A DNA stretch of 64,000 nt from Halobacteriovoraceae bacterium (GTDB lineage: Bacteria > Bdellovibrionota > Bacteriovoracia > Bacteriovoracales > Bacteriovoracaceae). The notes beneath the pieces were generated by a model. The model was not told where the DNA came from, did not search any database, and saw only the letters and a list, made by a program, of their open reading frames with translations. The DNA is taken from contig CAVRCF010000005.1 in the NCBI GenBank assembly GCA_963719505.1, forward strand, positions 800,001 through 864,000. The letters are read 5' to 3'. This document shows, piece by piece, positions 59,019 to 64,000 of the stretch (position 1 is the stretch's first letter; each line of letters starts with the position of its first letter). The translations under genes and the position numbers were made by a program.

Positions 59019-61969
59019 TGAAATATTTGTTTTTTGTTTTATTCATTTCCACTCACCTGCTCGCTTCAGAGTTTCTGATCTATAATCTTCCAAGTGATAG
59101 CGCTTTAAAAGTGAAACCTGTTTTCACTCCAAAAGAAATGGCCATGATCCAAAAGCTTGGACTCAATATAAATGTATCAAAAATAGATTATAAAAGTGAA
59201 AAGGAACTCAGACAATTACTTAAGGTCCAATGTCCAAAATGTCTTATTGAATCAAACGACAAAGGGTCTTTGAAGACAGAGCCCTATCAAAGTTATCAAT
59301 GGGCTTTAAAAAATAGCGGTCAAGCTTTTGAAAGATGGACAAGTGATATCGATAGCTACTTTGTTCAAGGAAAGCTTGGCGAAGATATAAATATTAATCA
59401 GCAAGAGACTAGTAAGACCATAAAAGTCGGTATCATAGACTCAGGCCTCGATATAAACCACCCAGATCTTAAAGATCAGATTTACACGGATGATAAAGAA
59501 TGCTCGGCACTTGCCGACTATAACCTCTGTCTCAAGACTGAAACTGATAAAAATATTTGTTATGAAAAATATAAAGACTTCGATGCTAACGGTAATGGCT
59601 ATGCCCTTGACTGTCATGGCTGGAGTATTACAGATAAATCAAACCCTCTTAATGATATCGAAGGAAATGGAAATATAAATGATCTCGATGGACATGGAAC
59701 TCATATCGCTGGAATTATTGGAGCGAAGAAAAACAATCTTGGAGTTCAAGGTGTTATTCAAAATGTTACCCTCGTCCCAATTCAAGTATCAGTGGCAAGC
59801 CAAAATGATTCAAGCGAAGTCGCAACTGACAAGTTTGCAAAAGCTCTTCTTTATGCCATTCAATCCAAAGTAGATATTGTTAATATGTCTCTTGGATGGA
59901 GGTTTGAGCAAGACTCCCTTCTCATGAGAGAGATGATTAAACTGGCGTTTGAACAAAATATCCTAATTGTTGCTGCCGCCGGAAATGACTCACATTCTGC
60001 CGCGACTTATCCTTGTTCATATGAAGAAGTGATTTGTGTTGGCTCCCACGATGTCGATGGTAAAATTAGCTCTTTTTCTAATTTTGGCCCACATATTGAT
60101 CTTCTGGCCCCGGGTTCAAATATTCTTAGTACCTGGCCCACCAACAAAAGGTCGAGATCTTTTACTGTAGACTCAAATTATGAATATTTAAGTGGCACTA
60201 GCCAAGCGACACCTTTTGTTACAGGTGTCTTAGCAAGACTCCTCAATCAAGGTGCAACTTCTAGAGAAGCTAAAATTAAGCTTTTAAAAGGTACACGATC
60301 TAAAACTCATTCGTTAAAGAATCAAATTCGTTTTGGAAATCTCGATTATCAAAAAGCGATGAGTTTAACATCTTTAGATTTTGTCTATCCTTTAAATAAA
60401 TCTGCAGCTTTAATCAACTGGGATAAGAGCGTTAAGTCTTTTACCTTAAAGCTAAAAAACTACTCTGCTAAGACTGAGCAAAAAGAGCTTACAATTGAGC
60501 CTATTTTATCGTCTACTCAAAAAAGCTTTAAATTAGTATCAGCAAAAAAACAAAATATTGCGATTGGACCTGATCAAGTCAAAGACTTTAAAATAAGTTT
60601 TACCAGTGATAATGATGTTGAAGGCAGCTTCATATTTAGAGTTTCCATTGGTCAAACGAAGTTCTTTTTCCAGGCCAAAGCCCTATCTCTTATCAGTCCT
60701 GAAAACGAAAGAGAAGATTTAAATATCTTTGATCTCATTGACGAGGATAACTTCTCAAAGAATGCACTTATTAGAGAGTTTTCAAACTTCTCAAGCGATT
60801 CTTCAAAAGATTTTCTTGCCATGAAAGTTCTCGATGGAAAGACCCACATCGCTAGACTCAGCCAAAATGGATCGCCCTTTAATCTTTCCAAAAGCTTCCC
60901 TCTTCCTTTTAAGGACTCCGTCATAATAAATCTATCAAAAGTAGATATTGAACAAGACGGACTGGTCGACTATGTCATTACTCTTGTGAATCTTGACGAT
61001 CCCCAAAATAGAATGACAAAGTTTTTAGCTTTAGATCATGACTTTAAACCTAAAAGAATTAGCATATCTCCAGAAAATTCTTTTGATAATTCAGTGACAG
61101 TCCTACCAGGAAGCTTTATTTGGCTAAAGTATAAAGGTAAGATGGTTCCTTCTTGGATAACATTAGGAGAAAGACCCGAAAACGAAAGACCTCCACTGAC
61201 ACCTTGGGCTGACAGACCTGTAGAGATGAAACTAAATAGACTTTATCTCCAACTAGAGGGGGGATTAAAAACTATTCAGTTTGGTGAGGATGAATTTCCA
61301 ATACACTTCCTCTACCAAGGCAAAGATCGCTCAAAAGGTGAGGCCCATCTCATCGTGGCCAAAGGTTATGGTTTTGATAAATCATATGGCCTTTACTCAT
61401 TTGCTGAGAGCCTAAAGTTTGAAACTGATATAAAGTTGGATTACCAATTTGACTTGGCCAGTAGTAGACCGCTTCCTTTAGTTAATCCTGCAGGAGACCA
61501 TGCATTTTTTAATAGTCCAAGTATCAACGGCGCGCAAAATATTATTAGCTTTGACTTTGCAAATGGTTTTCTCAGTATAAACCAGTTTAAAGTCCATGCA
61601 ACGAAGCTCAGTCCTATAAAGTTTGTTCTTTCAGTCGAAGGAGAGACCGCTCTATCACAAACGGCAAGTCAAATTCTCTATGAGGGTTTAGATACTGGAA
61701 ACACAGAATCAAAAACTGATGCAAGACGTATTAAACATACTCTCTTACGCTCTAAACAAGCTCTTTTTCTCTCTTCAGCTTTAACTCCAGGTATTGGCTC
61801 TGAGGTTATTCAATCTACCACAGACAAGCGAGGACTTTACCGTCCTGCCCATTTTCAAATGTTAGGAACAAATGGTTGTTCTGAAGTTGGATTTATTTTT
61901 GAAGACTCACAGGATAAAATAATTTTCACTTGTCCTGAGCTTGGAAAAATAATTAAGATTTCCCTATAG
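59015..61969 (+). CDS. Secreted S8 subtilase with long C-terminal extension (module 2, gene B)
   Basis: Triad IIDSG / HGTHIAG / GTSQATP; VDIEQDGLVDY; ATGA overlap with gene A. Confidence 0.92.
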   Translation: MMKYLFFVLFISTHLLASEFLIYNLPSDSALKVKPVFTPKEMAMIQKLGLNINVSKIDYKSEKELRQLLKVQCPKCLIESNDKGSLKTEPYQSYQWALKNSGQAFERWTSDIDSYFVQGKLGEDININQQETSKTIKVGIIDSGLDINHPDLKDQIYTDDKECSALADYNLCLKTETDKNICYEKYKDFDANGNGYALDCHGWSITDKSNPLNDIEGNGNINDLDGHGTHIAGIIGAKKNNLGVQGVIQNVTLVPIQVSVASQNDSSEVATDKFAKALLYAIQSKVDIVNMSLGWRFEQDSLLMREMIKLAFEQNILIVAAAGNDSHSAATYPCSYEEVICVGSHDVDGKISSFSNFGPHIDLLAPGSNILSTWPTNKRSRSFTVDSNYEYLSGTSQATPFVTGVLARLLNQGATSREAKIKLLKGTRSKTHSLKNQIRFGNLDYQKAMSLTSLDFVYPLNKSAALINWDKSVKSFTLKLKNYSAKTEQKELTIEPILSSTQKSFKLVSAKKQNIAIGPDQVKDFKISFTSDNDVEGSFIFRVSIGQTKFFFQAKALSLISPENEREDLNIFDLIDEDNFSKNALIREFSNFSSDSSKDFLAMKVLDGKTHIARLSQNGSPFNLSKSFPLPFKDSVIINLSKVDIEQDGLVDYVITLVNLDDPQNRMTKFLALDHDFKPKRISISPENSFDNSVTVLPGSFIWLKYKGKMVPSWITLGERPENERPPLTPWADRPVEMKLNRLYLQLEGGLKTIQFGEDEFPIHFLYQGKDRSKGEAHLIVAKGYGFDKSYGLYSFAESLKFETDIKLDYQFDLASSRPLPLVNPAGDHAFFNSPSINGAQNIISFDFANGFLSINQFKVHATKLSPIKFVLSVEGETALSQTASQILYEGLDTGNTESKTDARRIKHTLLRSKQALFLSSALTPGIGSEVIQSTTDKRGLYRPAHFQMLGTNGCSEVGFIFEDSQDKIIFTCPELGKIIKISL

Positions 61970-62050
61970 ATTTTTTACACTCTACCTTGCCATCATCCTT
62001 TGTACAAAGTACTTAAAGCTAACAAAAACGTACAACAAAGGAAAAAGAAA

Positions 62051-62617
62051 ATGAAAAAAGCTCTTTTAAATTTAATGGTTCTTTTAGGACTTTTAGGTGG
62101 TCTCGCATCTTGTAACACAGTAGTAACATCTGGTGGTTACTACACTCCACAATGGTATTACAACTGTTACCCTGTTTATGATTACTGGGGTTACTATATG
62201 TACGACGACTGTTACTGGGAATACTACAACACAGACGGAACTCTACTTGAAAAAGATTTAGTTGCAAATGTTGCTGATCAAGAAGCTGTTCTTTTAGAAA
62301 AACTGACAAATGTTTATGCTGAGAAGTTTGCATTATCAACTGAAGCTGCTTCTAAAGTTGCTAAAAACGTTGCTGATTTTTCTGCTCTAACAGACAGAAG
62401 TGACGCTGACGTTGCTGACTTTGCTCAGAAACTTTATGGAGTTAATCCAAGCGAAATCGTAAGTGCTGTAAGCTCTGCTCAAATTGGTAACAATTCTGAA
62501 TTAGACCTTGTCATCGATAAAGCATCAGTTAGTCTTGGAACAAACTCAGACAACATGAAAGCAATCGTAAAAGAACTTCACGGTAAAGCACTAGAAGCTT
62601 CTGGAATTGAATTATAA
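62051..62617 (+). CDS. Lipoprotein with Tyr/Trp-rich Cys loop and conserved C-terminal helical domain (module 2, gene C)
   Basis: Start moved to MKKALL (AAGGA RBS); lipobox LASC; WYYNCYPVYDYWGYYMYDDCYWEYY. Confidence 0.85.
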   Translation: MKKALLNLMVLLGLLGGLASCNTVVTSGGYYTPQWYYNCYPVYDYWGYYMYDDCYWEYYNTDGTLLEKDLVANVADQEAVLLEKLTNVYAEKFALSTEAASKVAKNVADFSALTDRSDADVADFAQKLYGVNPSEIVSAVSSAQIGNNSELDLVIDKASVSLGTNSDNMKAIVKELHGKALEASGIEL

Positions 62618-62640
62618 TTTATTAAATTAAGTTCATAGTG

Positions 62641-62670
62641 AAGGGGCCGGCAATTGTCGGCCCTTTTTAT
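62641..62670 (+). terminator. Rho-independent terminator
   Basis: GGGCCGGC-AATT-GTCGGCCC-TTTTT. Confidence 0.85.
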
Positions 62671-62929
62671 TTCTCTGGTGACAAAATGTCCCTAGCCTCC
62701 TTGCAAACTCCTCTTCTAGACTTAAATAAAATTAAAAATCCTTATAAAAGTGTCAACTCGATACCACTTGTGAAGGTATTTACACATTTCTTGACCAATC
62801 TTAGTAAGTATTTGTAAACCTATTTTAGCAGCCAAATTCACTCAGATTTTATAAAAATAAGGATACGTAAAAAGGACATTATGTTCATCGAGACGATATA
62901 AACACTTTAGAAACATTTAGGAGATTTCT

Positions 62930-63502
62930 ATGAAAAAGACTTTAATCCAACTTTTAGTACTACTAGGAGTTCTAACAGGACTTGCAAGTTGTAACTCTTC
63001 AACAACAGTTGGTGGCGGACCAGTTTACACACCAGATTGGCATTACAACTGTTACCCACAATATGATTATTGGGGTTACTACTTATATGACGACTGTTAC
63101 TGGGAATTTTATAACACTGACGGATCTATCGCTGAAAGAGATATGGTTTCTAACGTAGCAGACAAAGAAGCCCTTCTTTTAGAGAAACTTACAAGTGCAT
63201 ATGCTGATAAGTTTTCTTTATCTACAGATGCAGCTGCAAAAGTAGCTAAGAACGTTGCTGACTTCTCTGCTCTAACAGACAGAAGTGACGCTGACGTTGC
63301 TGACTTTGCTCAGAAACTTTATGGCGTTAATCCAAGTGAAATCATAAGCGCTGTAAGTGCAGCTCAAATTGGTAACAACTCAGAATTAGACTTTGTTATC
63401 GATAAAGCATCGGTTAGTCTTGGAACAAACTCAGACAACATGAAAGCAATCGTTAAAGAACTTCACGGTAAAGCACTAGAAGCTTCTGGAATTGAATTAT
63501 AA
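62930..63502 (+). CDS. Paralogous Tyr/Trp-rich lipoprotein (module 2, gene D)
   Basis: AGGAG RBS; lipobox LASC; WHYNCYPQYDYWGYYLYDDCYWEFY. Confidence 0.87.
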   Translation: MKKTLIQLLVLLGVLTGLASCNSSTTVGGGPVYTPDWHYNCYPQYDYWGYYLYDDCYWEFYNTDGSIAERDMVSNVADKEALLLEKLTSAYADKFSLSTDAAAKVAKNVADFSALTDRSDADVADFAQKLYGVNPSEIISAVSAAQIGNNSELDFVIDKASVSLGTNSDNMKAIVKELHGKALEASGIEL

Positions 63503-63528
63503 TAGACAATTTAATTTTGAATAGCTTT

Positions 63529-63559
63529 AGGGTCTCGTTAACACGAGGCCCTTTTTTTT
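63529..63559 (+). terminator. Rho-independent terminator
   Basis: AGGGTCTCGT-TAAC-ACGAGGCCCT-TTTTTTT. Confidence 0.88.
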
Positions 63560-63585
63560 CATCATATTTCCGCTATATTCTACTC

Positions 63586-64000
63586 ATGAAATTCTCAAAT
63601 CCCACTATGATGGCCACAATTCTCGACCGCTACAAACGTTTCCTCTCGGACATAGAATTGGAGTCTGGAGAATTAGTTCATGCCCACGTACCAAATACTG
63701 GAAGTATGAAGACTTGCTGGGAAAAAAACTGGAAAGTGCTTATCTCTAAAAATGATGATCCCAAAAGAAAGATGAAGTACACACTAGAGCTCACCCATAA
63801 CGGCAAAGCCTGGATTTGTGTCAATACAGCTCTTACCAATAAAATCGTTAAAGAGGCCCTAGAGAATGGTCAAATCCCTGAACTTAGTAGTTATAAAGAG
63901 ATTAAACCTGAAAAGAAAGTTTTTGAATCGAGAATAGATTTCTTTCTTAGCCAGTCCGACTCACACCCCGATGCTTATGTAGAAGTTAAGAATGTGACAC
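63586..64000 (+). CDS. sfsA: DNA/RNA nuclease SfsA, 3'-partial (not in the ORF track)
   Basis: Manual translation: MKFSNP...RYKRFLSD...AHVPNTGSM...SRIDF...YVEVKNVT. Confidence 0.92.
   Translation, partial: MKFSNPTMMATILDRYKRFLSDIELESGELVHAHVPNTGSMKTCWEKNWKVLISKNDDPKRKMKYTLELTHNGKAWICVNTALTNKIVKEALENGQIPELSSYKEIKPEKKVFESRIDFFLSQSDSHPDAYVEVKNVT

Noticed and set aside
62051-63502. Diversity-generating retroelement TR/VR pair
   Set aside because: Differences are mostly synonymous and not adenine-specific, both copies are full genes, and there is no reverse transcriptase in the window.

Overview
Chromosomal window, most likely from a Bacteriovoracaceae-type member of Bdellovibrionota. This is inferred from gene content: degenerate HD-GYP proteins, Calx-beta/RCC1 lipoproteins and FliA-like promoters. 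The left end is an IS-riddled island edge (IS2-like IS3 and IS481) next to tRNA-Cys. Housekeeping genes are ihfB, queA-tgt-yajC-tatA-secD-secF, sdhCAB, queE, a DEAD-box helicase and sfsA. A giant surface-lipoprotein operon and an IS1202-family element are also present. The main finding is a four-gene module present twice in mirror orientation (35818->26123 on -, 55737->63502 on +). Each copy has a ~1100-1260 aa exported protein with a degenerate kinase-like N-terminal region, a translationally coupled S8 subtilase with a long C-terminal extension, and two tandem lipoproteins. All four lipoproteins share a conserved C-terminal helical domain but carry different Tyr-rich N-terminal cores: GYxD repeats in copy 1 and a Cys-bracketed Tyr/Trp loop in copy 2. 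I know of no described system with this architecture. sdhA and sdhB carry about 10 single-base insertions, nearly all at codon third positions, which looks like a two-allele consensus artefact rather than gene decay. All calls were made by eye from motifs; no searches were run.
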